From NCBI RefSeq assembly GCF_964204645.1, contig NC_134034.1, forward strand, positions 13,095,062 through 13,159,061: DNA of 64,000 bases, in the 5' to 3' direction. The number at the start of each line of letters is the position of its first letter. Within the stretch, counting starts at the first letter, position 1. The stretch is from Tubulanus polymorphus (Eukaryota; Animalia; Nemertea). The position numbers and the translations under genes were made by a program. The notes under the pieces were generated by a model. The model was not told the origin of the DNA. It saw only the letters and a program-made list of their open reading frames with translations, and did not search any database. Shown here one piece after another: positions 1 through 11,378 of the stretch.

Positions 1-201
1 ATATGGCTGCTGATTGTGGTGCATATGGCTGCTGATTGTGGTTCATATGGCTGCTGATTGTAGTTCGTATGGCTGCTGATTGTGGTGCATATGGCTGCTG
101 ATTGTGGTTCATATGGCTGCTGATTGTGGTTCGTATGGCTGCTGATTGTGGTGCATATGGCTGCTGATTGTGGTTCATATGGTTGCTGATTGTAGTTCAT
201 A
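1..201. repeat. 22-bp tandem minisatellite (ATATGGCTGCTGATTGTGGTKC), about 9 copies, intronic in the NIT-GC gene
   Basis: Unit recurs at 1, 23, 45 and onward; array truncated by the window start. Confidence 0.95.
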
Positions 202-259
202 TCAAACAGTCGTTTTTGTCATTATTAAAACACGCGCTGATTTCTCGCTCGAAACAAAC

Positions 260-3200
260 CTTAATTTCAGTTTTTCCGCGCTGTTCCACTGCAAACATGT
301 CCGTTTTCTCTAACATTCTCGCTGTTCTGGCGCTGATGTGGATGCGATTTGCTGCAATGGAAAGGTTCCGAGCATAATCTATGATAAATAGTTGAAAATC
401 AATGAACTCGGTAGCGTTGGGACTGCTGTAAATATTTCACCGAGTTGAGAATCAGGGAACTCGGTAGCGTGTTGAGACTGCTGTAAATATTTCACTGAGT
501 TGAGAATCAGGGAACTCGGTAGCGGGTTGGGACTGCTGTAAATATTTCACCGAGTTGAGAATCAGAGAACTCGGTAGCGTTGGGACTGCTGTAAATATTT
601 CAAACCTAGGTGTTCATCCCAAAGAATATTTTTTTTGCTGTGTGCCAATTTCCTGATGAACTTACGTAAACCTTGTGACTCCATACGCGAGGCCGTGTTG
701 ACCGTATCCCCGAACAGGCAATATCGAGGTAAAGCTGTGCCCACAACACCGGCTACAACAGTTCCTACAATAAGTGATAATATTGAGGAGACCCATTATA
801 GAACATTTAAAAGATTAAACACTCCTGATGATGGGGGAGAGGGAGAGGGAGAGGGAGAGGGAGAGGGAGAGGGAGAGGGAGAGGGAGAGGGAGAGGGAGA
901 GGGAGAGGGAGAGGGAGAGGGAGAGGGAGAGGGAGAGGGAGAGGGAATTAGCTTTTTAACAGGGAAGGATCACTTACCGGAGTGTATTCCTATTCGGAGA
1001 GACAATTTACCGGAAGTGTCGAACTCTTTTTCGGAAACTACCTTCATGACATCCAGGGCCATCCGGGCTATTTCTGATACGTGACGTCGCCCGTTATGTT
1101 GCGGCAGACCTAACGATATTCATTTCAATATTCGGTATTCATTTCACGTGAAAAACATAAAGCAAAATCCGGAAAAAGGTAAAAACGATTTATCAAAAAC
1201 TATTCAGAAATTGAGAATCGAATAGTAAGGGTCAGGCTAGAAGAGCGCTTTCCACCCAAGCCTGCAATGTCTTCTACTCCACAAACGTAACCCACGAGGA
1301 TGAAAATTCACCATTTTCAAGAGCTATTTCCTCCAGATATTGTGCATTTGAAAGTTGTAGAAGGCAGCGGGGGCAGAGAAACCCTTGGCAATTACGAGTC
1401 AAACATCGATCGATTAAAGACCCTATCAATAACTCTGTTAGGCATTGAAAAGTGCTTGTCAGTCCCAAGTGAAGTCAGTCCCAAGTGAAGTCAGTCCCAA
1501 GTGAAGTCAGTCCCAAGTGAAGGATTCTAACATTGTACGCCGGCGAGTCCCAAAAACATGGCGCCTGGAAACTATAAAAAGGCGTGTTGGATATAACAAT
1601 ATTTCCAAAAAGGGCATCATTTCTACCAAAATTCCTCGGAGGGAAGGGGGGGGGGCTTAAAAACATCGAAGATGCACTGATCGGGTCAAAGTTAACAGTA
1701 ACCGGGTCTTGGCGTTTACTTACCCGATGCTACCATATACTTATCCCCGACCGTTTCCACTTTATAAACGTCGTACAAGTCGATCCTCTCGTCCAGAAGA
1801 CTGTACAAATTACCCAGCAAACCGACGATTTCGATGGGAACCATTTTCGCCGTGATCTTGTTGAAACCGGCGATTCCCGTGAACAGTATCGTCGCCTCTC
1901 GAAAATATTCGGCGTTCACTTCGCGATGGTACTTCAACTGTTCGGCCACCGTGCGCGGCAACATTTGATACAGCAACGAATCGGTGAGTTTCTTCTCTTC
2001 GTTTAGTTCTCTCGTCTTGTCGGCTAAAGTCAACGCGTACCGTTGCATGTCGTTGGTAATTTTGACGACCAGTTTCGTTTCGATCGGACTGATGGCCAGC
2101 GCTATGATGATCATCACGCAATTTAGAACCAGCGACCGATCCGTGGATGATATCTTCTGATCAATGGCGTCGGTTATGACGTCAGCCAGCTTAATTTGCA
2201 TACTCAACAGGGCGTTGATGTATTCGGTCATGTCGTCGAACCAATCGGCGGCCATTTCGTGCGACGTGCCGGTCGTGTTGCGATTTTTGATCTGATATCG
2301 ATACGACTTGATGCGCTTTTCGACGTCTATGCCCGACTGGTTCGTGATGGCGTTCGACACTTCGGTGACGATGCTCGAATAGTTTTGCGCGCCGCGGAAA
2401 AACGTCACGTAGCTGTGATAGCGGTTCATGTAGAAGGTGAAATTGTCGGTGTCGGCGAATCCGTTCATGGCGAAGAATATCGTACCCATCGCCCTCTCGG
2501 CGCCGCATTCGTCTTTACTGGCCAGAATCTTCTGATAGGCGACCATCGGCCGCCATAGCAGGCCACTGCCAGTGGCTTTAATGGCGTCGTATAGCCAGTG
2601 AACGAGAACGGACTGGATTTCCGAGTAGAATATGATTTCTTCGGTGATCGTTTGCGAAGAGTTCAGGTCCTTGCGCCCGATCTCGTTGCGGTGTTTCGCC
2701 AGGTGAGCGATGAACGAGTATTTGTTTTTGAACTCGGGTCGGGCGATCAGGTCTGGGTTCTCCGGCCAATTCGGGATCGTGGCCACCTATTGGTAAACGA
2801 GAGAGTTATCTTTAAAAGCGCGATACGGAACTGTCACAACAAGGTTTGACTAGTCACCCGTCACAACATGGCGGAGGGGAAATTGCAACACAGTTATTCA
2901 CCAGATGGCGTGACGAGCATTCGATATATTGTCTGTGGGGATGTAGCTCAGTGGTAGAGCGCCCGCTTTGCATGCGGGAGGCCCGGGGTTCGAAACCCCG
3001 CATCTCCAACGATACCTGTTACAGTTACAGTAATATTGATTTTTATAAATGTTTTATCTTCTATGTACCTGGTGGAATCCTCGATTGTCACATGAGCGAG
3101 TTTCCCAGTCTCGCGATACCACCGGGTTCGAATCCCAGCGTCTCCACTTGTGGATCATGACGTCTATGTCTATGGGAACAGTGTGCGTACAACGACTATT

Positions 3201-5622
3201 TTTTCTACGTACCTGTGCGTCGGTGCTGGCCCAGAGAGCGTGCAAGAACTGGTTTGTATTCGGTCCGATCGAACTCAAATAGAACGCCGACATGTCGCGT
3301 TCCCGCTGCAGCTCGTGCAGCAAAGTTCCGATTTGTATCGAGAACTCCACCGTGTTCTTAGCCTGGGTAACAATAATAATAGTAACACAGGTCACTAGAA
3401 TGAAACAATGCCGATTTCGCAAAGAATTACTACACCGTCCCAGGTCAAATTAAACCCACACGACCGTGTCGAATTAGATCCATGGTCAAGTCGGGCCCAC
3501 GCAACTGGATATTGGGTGAAGGTGCGAGTCAAATTGAACAGATAGGATATACCCACACAACTGTGGAACTGGGTTTAGGGTAAAAATGAAACCCACAAAA
3601 CTGTAGAACTAGATCCAGAGTCACAACTGTGGAACTGGATCCACATTCAAATATTAAACCCGCATCACTGTGGAACTGGATCCAGAGTCAAATTAAACCC
3701 GTACATCTGTGGAACTGGATCCAGAGTCAAATTAAACCCGTACAACTGTGGAACTGGGTCCAGAGTCATATCAAAGACCCACACAATTGTTGTATCCACA
3801 GTAAAATAAAACCCACACAACTGTGGAACTGGGTTCAGCATCGAATTCAATTGTACACATGTAACTGAAAGAAATAAAGACGCGTCTAGCGCAAACTTAC
3901 TGAAGATAAAGTGATACGAGCTTCTGTGTTGATCACCAGTGAGTAAGTGATAACGCAAACCAATGCAACTGTCGGCACCAAGGTGATACTGAGCATTTTC
4001 ATCAATTGTTTGCGCTTTCCGGACTCCGACAAAGGATCCGGAGGCTTGCACGAGAAACCTATCGATAATCATTAGAAACGGATTTAATAATATTATCACG
4101 TGTATCAATGATAAATTGGATCTATTGGAATCTAAATGAATTTAATAAGACTTATTACAGTTTCCGGGCGCTGTTTTTGGGTACCCCTGGGTCCGCATTG
4201 TTGAATCTTATAATGTTTGTTGTCCCTATTTTTTCTAATTTTCTTATTTCTATTTCGTTCGTATCTCTGGATAGGATGACGATAGAAACGAAGTGAAAAT
4301 ATCGATCAAATTACTAGATCGGGTGCACAGGTACATGCGCAGGTACATGCGCACGAAAACTTGCCGCATCAATCAGATTGCCTGTTGCGTAATCGTTGAG
4401 GCAAATTTCACAGATATCAACTATAAATTGAAACCCGTGATAAAATGAAACGGGATATCTGACTGGCTAATATTGACATCATCTAAGCTTCGTATGCGGC
4501 TACGCACCCGGTCTAATGTGGAGAAGGGCTCGAATCCCTACTAGGGGAGGATGTGACAAAACTAACTTCAAAGCTACACCTGTTACCAACGGTCAATTCT
4601 GGTCAACAATGTCAACATTAAATTACCGAATATGCCAAGTTGATCGCTGCTAATGTTTTCCAGTATATCATCAGATATTTCACCGCTAGGTGTCTCCGAG
4701 GTAATTTCTCGCAGTTCGACTTGTTCGTTGACCGTCGATACCTTTCTGACTAACCCCGCTGCGACCGTCAACGCGTGATCTGAAAACACGAAAATATGGC
4801 GTCGGGATTCGAAAGTTTAAGAGAGTATTATATTTTGGTCAGGAAATCATCTTCTTTATGAACGATTGAATTTCTACTTGTGTGGCAATTCTGCTCAAAC
4901 TGAATACCCCGCGTAGGCCTACCGCGCGGGATCAGATTCATGAATCCCTTACTTTCGGAATGTCTCTGACTTCCCGTCTTACTGTGCGATACTTGACGGC
5001 CGTGTTGTTCACTTGCAGGAACCGCTATCGAATTCTTTTCCAATCTCACCTTCGGCATTGCCGATGACGTCGATGCAATCGCCTGCTTAATACAACAAAA
5101 ACGAGGGTGTCTCAGAAAATATGTTACCAAACTTCTAAGATTAGTTATTCATTAACTATAATTGAAATGAATTTCTTATTTTTTTTTGGGGGGGGGGTAA
5201 ATTTGGTAGACCCGGGTGTTTTCTCGGGGTTGTAATGTTAAAATGCAACGATCAGCCACGCGTGGCTGAGCACTATCGTGTTTATGAATGGCCATGAAAA
5301 TTATGGAACCAAATAATCGAACCAAAAAATGATGGATTGTTCCATTGTGCATCGTAGGCCTATATTAGAAAACAACGATTGTTCGAAAAACCACGCTCAA
5401 AAGTGGCGGAAAAAGGCTAGAAAAATGACATCATCAATATATTTCTCCTAATCGGGCAGGTCATCTAGATAAACTACAAAGCGTAATCAGTTTATTTATA
5501 TCTATCGTGGGTGCTATAGTTTCATGTTTATATCGCCGAGTAACCAATGTTGTCAGTATCGGTGTACATAATTCCGATCTAAATACACACAGACACGTAA
5601 ACACCTTTTTTTCACCTACCAT
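260..5622 (-). CDS. NIT-domain receptor guanylyl cyclase (NIT-GC), multi-exon, 3' end outside the window
   Basis: Exons on the minus strand: 5622-5620 (ATG, tentative), 5082-4923 (tentative), 4779-4627, 4058-3901, 3362-3213, 2786-1724, 1109-978, 764-666, 351-260. All introns are GT-AG, phases match, and the total is 2010 nt (670 codons). The protein has TM1 ([23 protein letters not shown]), NIT-type motifs [12 protein letters not shown] and [13 protein letters not shown]2, a coiled coil ([15 protein letters not shown]) and a class III cyclase ([48 protein letters not shown]). The Glu and Cys guanine-specificity residues are present. Confidence 0.9.
403..602. repeat. 55-bp satellite family with internal inverted repeat, about 3.5 copies
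   Basis: Unit GCTGTAAATATTTCACCGAGTTGAGAATCAGGGAACTCGGTARCGTGTTGGGACT; same family at 9437-9474 and 34972-35505. Confidence 0.9.
833..945. repeat. (GAGAGG)n microsatellite
   Basis: Pure hexamer run in an intron; source of the spurious GE-repeat ORF 635..1084. Confidence 0.95.
1458..1521. repeat. 16-bp tandem repeat GTCAGTCCCAAGTGAA x4
   Basis: Direct reading. Confidence 0.9.
2937..3008 (+). tRNA. tRNA-Ala(TGC): tRNA-Ala, anticodon TGC, intronic and antisense to the NIT-GC gene
   Basis: Complete cloverleaf: acceptor GGGGATG/CATCTCC with the G3-U70 alanine determinant, D arm GCTC/GAGC, anticodon arm CCCGC-TTTGCAT-GCGGG, T arm CGGGG-TTCGAAA-CCCCG, discriminator A. A T-run terminator lies near 3040. 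Confidence 0.96.
3070..3146 (+). pseudogene. Degenerate tRNA-like remnant
   Basis: T-arm/B-box CCGGGTTCGAATCCCAG followed by CGTCTCCA, a tRNA-like 3' end; the 5' half does not fold. Confidence 0.55.
3437..3850. repeat. 39-bp satellite family (AAATTAAACCCACACAACTGTGGAACTGGATCCAGAGTC), degenerate array
   Basis: Repeated CAACTGTGGAACTGG core. Other arrays at 23255-23700, 42040-42320 (reverse) and 46385-46585 (reverse); fragments at 33070-33165 and 34530-34600. Confidence 0.85.
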
Positions 5623-6652
5623 TTTCTTTTTTTTGTCAGCCTTTGCGAGCAGTGGTGATCCGGCCGCGGCCGTGTGGCGATGAGTTTGGATTCAGCGTAA
5701 TGAATTTCGACACGCGCTCACGCGGTGCGCGATGCGTTATTAGTGAGTAGACTGCTGTGATTCAGTAATTTCCGGCTGGTCGAAATTCTATCCTCGCCTT
5801 CATCAAACCAGACCGCGGGAGCCAGCCGACTGTCGTGTGATGACCGTCCATCTTAAGTTAGCCCCGGATTTTGACCGGAGAAGACCTATCTTGTATAATG
5901 AATAAATCAGCTTCAGAAAGAATGCTGGTGTGTCTGGTGTTTGTAGTTCAATTTCTATCAATGTATCGAAGATCGCAGGGCCATGGTTAGACCGGGCAAA
6001 TGATTCTGCCGATGAAGAGTTTTTCATGAAGGTTTTTTTTTTTTAAAAAAACCCCAGCTAGACCTGCTCCCATTGCCTCAGATAACGTGTTTTGGAATGG
6101 ACTATGAAACAGCTTTGTGCTTCTAAAACATTATGATCCGTATCAGCGACTCAATCAACCTCAATCACCGGAAACCGTGGTCTCAAATAGCCCTACGAGC
6201 CTTCGAAATGCAACAATATTAAAAAGACTCTTTGGGGAAGACCCCCAACCTCTCAAACTATAAGGTGCGAATTCTTCCCCAGATTGACACCTTCCTTCTA
6301 ACCGATAGTTCGTCATATCCAGTTTGAAATCATTTAAATTGTCTTCTTTGGGATGAAATCCTAGGTTTGTAATAACTGATAAATCTTCATATTCGGGGTA
6401 GTTATAACGAGGTTCCACTGTTCACTGTATTCGATAGGACGTTTCCAATGGGGGGGGGGGGGGGGGGATTCCAATTCCGTAGATTCCAAGCGAAAAACGA
6501 GCAATAGCGAAACGATAAAAATAAGCCATAGCACTATCTTTGAACTTCATACCCTTTTTTCTTGTTTTATTTAAAAAAATCTTTTAAAAATGCTCATCGT
6601 ATTAGACTAAAATTAAAAATACATTTCAACTAAAATATTGTCATCGAGATCG

Positions 6653-9600
6653 TCATCTATTGTCCGCTTCCGGTACTGACGACGGTTTCCGGTATTTACA
6701 CTGCACCCAAACGCGATACATTTTCAACTGGCGCCCTCTATTGACCTGCAGTCGTCGATCAACCAGATTCTGTTCTTCGACGAGCCCGGCTTTAGTGAAC
6801 ATGTCCCGCAGTTCGTCTGCAATAAATGACAATACACACTTTGAGAACATGCGGACTGATCTGATACTGCAACTTAGGCTAAAAAAATGATACCTTGTTT
6901 CTCCGCTCTGCTGAGCTTAAAAGTTGACCCTGTCGGCCGCCTATCTACCCTATACATTACTTTTTTAAAATCGTGATCAATTTTACCATAACAGACCCGG
7001 CCGCTATAGACATGAACTGTTTACAAATTTTATCATATCTTACAAAAATGACCCGGCCGCTGCGGAGAAACAAGGTATCATCATTTTTGTTTAGCCTTAT
7101 ACTTCGTGCTTTCAGCCCCTGCATTGCCAACTGCCCTCTTCAAATTAACATTTTTAAAAGTAATCGGGGAAAAAGAATTCCTGGTCAAAATGTACCGATT
7201 TACTCATTCACCATTTTTAATTTTCTATTCGTCAAAATTGAAGGAGTTTCTGGCGTTTTGATGAAAAATTTAACTACAGTCAACCCCCGGATATACCACC
7301 CTACCATACACCGCCACCCCGCCTACCACCAAGTTTTCTCAATGTACATTTCAGTACAAATACATAATAGTAAAACACCCCCGATATACCACCCTACCAT
7401 ACACCGCCACCCCTGCCTACCGCCAAGTTTTCTCAATGTACATTTCAGTACAAATACATAATAGTAAAACACCCCCGATATACCACCCTACCATACACCG
7501 CCACCACTGCCTACCGCCAAGTTTTCTCAATGTACATTTCAGTACAAATACATAATAGTAAAACACCCCCGATATACCACCCTACCATACACCGCCACCC
7601 CTGCCTACCGCCAAGTTTTCTCAATGTACATTTCAGTACAAATACATAATAGTAAAACACCCCCGATATACCACCCTACCATATACCACCACCCCCGCCT
7701 TCTCAATGTACATCTCTATACAAATACATAGTTAAACATCCCCAATATACCGCCCTCCCATACACCGCCACCCCACCTTCCCGTACATCTTTATACAAAT
7801 ACATAGTAAAACACCCCCGATATACCGCCATACTCTCTATACCGCCAAAATCGTATATCGGGGGTCGACTGTAGTTTCGAGGACCTCTAAATGCAATTTC
7901 CGTTCAGAATGAGTTCATTTTAGGAATGAAGGAGTCGTAGGGACCCGATGCGTATTTTTCGTGCGATACCTTGCGTGAAAAAATAAACACGAGTTCCGTC
8001 GCCTCGTACGTAGAAATTATCGGACAAACATCGGCCTTTTTTGAAACGCAGCTGAGCGAGATCGTAACGACCGTAATCACGAAACACGATTAGACCACCG
8101 GGTTTTAAACAGCGACTCAAACGATTTATACTGCTCTGCATTCTGAAAAAAACAGAAAAACCAATTAAGAATACTTTAATCATGAGTACCCAAACTTTGA
8201 CAGTCTACTGTATTTCTCAAATTCTTACTCAGTATTTGACACCAACTCTGGGTAGAATTTTACCGGTCTCAACTTTACCGCAGTAAGAGACAGAGTCTAC
8301 TGTATTTCACAAACTCTTACTCAGTATTTGACACCAACTCGGGGTAGAATTTTACCAGTCTCAACTTTACCGCAGTAAGAGACGGTCAGAGTCTACTGTA
8401 TTTCACAAACTCTTACTCAGTATTTTACACCAACTCGGGGTAGAATTTTACCAGTCTCAACTTTACCGCAGTAAGAGACAGAGTCTACTGTATTTCACAA
8501 ACTCTTACTCAGTATTTGACACCAACTCGGGGTAGAATTTTAACAGTCTCAACTTTACCGCAGTAAGAGACAGAGTCTACTGTATTTCACAAACTCTTAC
8601 TCAGTATTTGACACCAACTCGGGGTAGAATTTTACCAGTCTCAACTTTACCGCAGTAAGAGATAGAGTCTAATGTATTTCATAAACTCTTACTCAGTATT
8701 TGACACCAACTCGGGGTAGAATTTTACCAGTCTCAACTTTACCGCAGTAAGAGACAGAGTCTACTGTATTTCATAAACTCTTACTCAGTATTTGACACCA
8801 ACTCGGGGTAGAATTTTACCAGTCTCAACTTTACCGCAGTAAGAGATAGAGTCTACCGTATAAAACAAACTCTTACTCAGTATCTCACAACAAAGCATGA
8901 ACACCAGAATATTTCCACAACCCTCCAACTAATCTAAATTCCTGGTTGTTACTCACTTGTCGGGATGAATAGCTGACAGGACGAATATAAGAACGATGAC
9001 ATCAATGGATCGGTCCGGAAACGGTAACGGAGTCGTTTCATCGGTTAAATCGTAAACAAAACCATAACATCTTTTCTCATTATATTCATTGTGTTCCTAA
9101 AAAATAACCGTGTACAGTTTAGAGGACTGCATTAATTACGCTCTCGGCACCCAGTTCCATATTTGTGACATGATCCCTACAGACCAGTCATTCCTGGATT
9201 TTAAAGAGTTGACAAGGAGTTTGGAAATGAACTTTGATTTAACTCAAGCCTCAGAGTCCAAGGGGTCAGATTTTAAATGAGAACTTCGGAACTGGGGCCT
9301 GATTTCTTATCTGCGTACCTTGACTAGCTGTATGGCGGATTTGGCGAAATCGCAGCAATACACAAATAAACCGGGATCGCTAAAAAAAAGATTAAAAATA
9401 CATAAATAAGATGATTTTTAAACATTTTCAGCACCTGCTGTAAATATTTCACCGAGTTGAGAATCAGGGAACTGGTGAGGTTAGGACGAAGTATTATTTC
9501 ATAGAGTTAAGAATCAATCTAACACACTTTATAGATTATCAAAATCGCAGACGTACTCATTAGTTTGTAAGACAGGAAATACAGTGTTGCCGACACCGCA

Positions 9601-10929
9601 TCCTACTTCCCAAACACGATAACTAGCATTACAACCCGGGTAAACATCACTAGACGTCACAGGAGCAGACACAACAGGGCCAGGAGCAGATGTCGTAGGA
9701 GCAGACGCCTGAGGAGCAGACGTCACAGGAGCAGACACCTGAGGAGCAGACGTCACAGGAGCAGACGCCTGAGGAGCAGACGTCACAGGAGCAGACGTCA
9801 CAGGAGCAGACATCACAGGACTAGATGTCACAGAAGTCTCTTTCTCCTCTCCCACGTTGACTTTGCGCGGAATTTTTTCGAGCGTCAAATTCGGAGCGAG
9901 TTCGGGAAATTCGGTGAACAGCCAGTGACGATCTTTGAAGAAACGATTTTGATGCTGTTCGTAGAATTCGTGCCAAAACCGGTCGGCGTCGGTTTCGTAT
10001 TCGGCTTGAAACGACAGAAATGAATATTTAGATACGAATGGAAGATAATTATCAGAGATTCAAAGATCTTACTTTAAAACATGTATTGTAATATGGCACT
10101 TCATTGATTTTCAAATAACATGTACCTATTTTTTCATTCGGAAGAATTACTTCGCTGTTCTCGGCTATTTTACCCTCAGCTGCCACAGTCTGCTCCTCAT
10201 CCCATTCGACATTATCCCTGATGGATAAAAAATAAAATTTGCCATTGATGTAATCAGGTTCAAATCCCTGTGAGGGAGGATGTGTCTACTAGGACAGGGG
10301 TTTGTACTGTAACAGAGTCTCATGATGTCATCAGGTTCAAATCCCTGTGAGGGAGGATGTGTCTACTAGGACAGGGGTTTGTACTGTGACAGAGTCTCGT
10401 GATGTCATCAGGTTCAAATCCCTGTGAGGGAGGATGTGTCTACTAGGACAGGGGTTTGTACTGTGACAGAGTCTCACGATGTCATCAGGTTCAAATCCCT
10501 GTAAGGGAGGATGTGTCTACTAGGACAGGGGTTTGTACTGTAACAGAGTCTCATGATGTCATCAGGTTCAAATCCCTGTGAGGGAGGATGTGTCTACTAG
10601 GACAGTGGTTTGTACTGTGACAGAGTCTCGTGATGTCATCAGGTTCAAATCCCTGTGAGGGAGGATGTGTCTACTAGGACAGGGGTTTGTACTGTAACAG
10701 AGTCTTATGATGTCATCAGGTTCAAATCCCTGTGAGGGAGGATGTGTCTACTAGGACAGGGGTTTATGAGGACGAATATTTACCAGGCGTTGTGCTCGAA
10801 TACGTTCTTCTCTCCGGTCAGGAATCTATTCCCGAACTGTGGGCGCTTATTCTGCTCGTCCTGAGTCCCTTCCGAATGGCTCAGATCACCAACAGGGACA
10901 GTGCCATCGGTCGCTGCTTTCGATGACAT
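6653..10929 (-). CDS. METTL2: tRNA N3-methylcytidine (m3C32) methyltransferase, METTL2 family, 7 exons, 407 aa
   Basis: Exons 10929-10784, 10217-10126, 10004-9557, 9379-9319, 9096-8957, 8142-7970, 6816-6653; all GT-AG, total 1224 nt, in frame. Motifs: [51 protein letters not shown] (SAM motif I), [72 protein letters not shown]. Confidence 0.96.
6877..7096. mobile_element. PIF/Harbinger-type (Tourist-like) MITE, about 220 bp
   Basis: TIRs GGCTAAAAAAATGATACCTTGTTTCTCCGC ... GCGGAGAAACAAGGTATCATCATTTTTGTTTAGCC; 3-bp TSD TTA (6874-6876, 7097-7099); near-identical copy at 51979-52199. Confidence 0.85.
7277..7871. mobile_element. Tc1/mariner (pogo/Tigger-like) MITE containing an internal 93-94 bp tandem array
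   Basis: TIRs CAGTCAACCCCCGGATATAC and GTATATCGGGGGTCGACTG, flanked by TA on both sides; internal units start at 7290, 7383, 7477, 7571, 7665. Confidence 0.8.
8202..8885. repeat. 92-bp satellite family, about 7 copies (reverse orientation to the other arrays)
   Basis: Unit AGTCTACTGTATTTCACAAACTCTTACTCAGTATTTGACACCAACTCGGGGTAGAATTTTACCAGTCTCAACTTTACCGCAGTAAGAGACAG, in a METTL2 intron. Confidence 0.95.
10254..10765. repeat. 77-bp satellite family with tRNA B-box motif, about 6.5 copies
   Basis: Unit contains GGTTCAAATCCC; fills most of METTL2 intron 1. Confidence 0.95.
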
Positions 10930-11307
10930 CACTCTTGACAATCTGAAATATGTGAAAATGAAACTGGGCATCTTTTGACAAAACTTAATCAATTAAATGA
11001 AAGTTTCCACCATTGATTTGGTAATGATCTAGCGCAATAGACAGCAGTCCAATAAATTTCGGTTTTTATAGTTAGTCATGACCTGTCGTCGAAGCAAATA
11101 ATCGAAGGCCGTATAGTTCAGCATTTCACATGTTGGCCATCCTGTTGGGTGACTGCCTTCAATCCTGTGGTTGAATAGTTCCGACAAACTGACGTGATTC
11201 ATGGTGTCATTAAGTTTGCAATAAGTCTACAAAAACCGATGTTAGCCGTACACTATAGTCAGTAACCTGTCTGTGGTTTAGTTTCGCACTTGGAATTGGA
11301 TTGTCCT

Positions 11308-11378
11308 GTCCTGTGGCATGGTGGATAAGGTGTTGGACTCACAACTGAGAGGTTGAGGGTTCGAATCCTAGTGAAACC
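11308..11378 (+). mobile_element. tRNA-derived SINE head (Pol III A and B boxes)
   Basis: TGGCATGGTGG (A-box-like) and GGTTCGAATCC (B box) at tRNA spacing; stems do not form a full cloverleaf. Confidence 0.55.

Noticed and set aside
1584-2849. Overlapping ORFs in other frames across the large NIT-GC exon (likewise over the FN3, GT14 and C7orf25 exons)
   Set aside because: Shadow ORFs expected from GC-rich codon usage; no recognisable motifs.
1716-3362. Recent horizontal transfer or bacterial contamination as the source of the NIT domain
   Set aside because: The gene has many spliceosomal introns, including animal-type cyclase exons of 99 and 92 nt, and host repeats in its introns; NIT-GCs are an established animal family.
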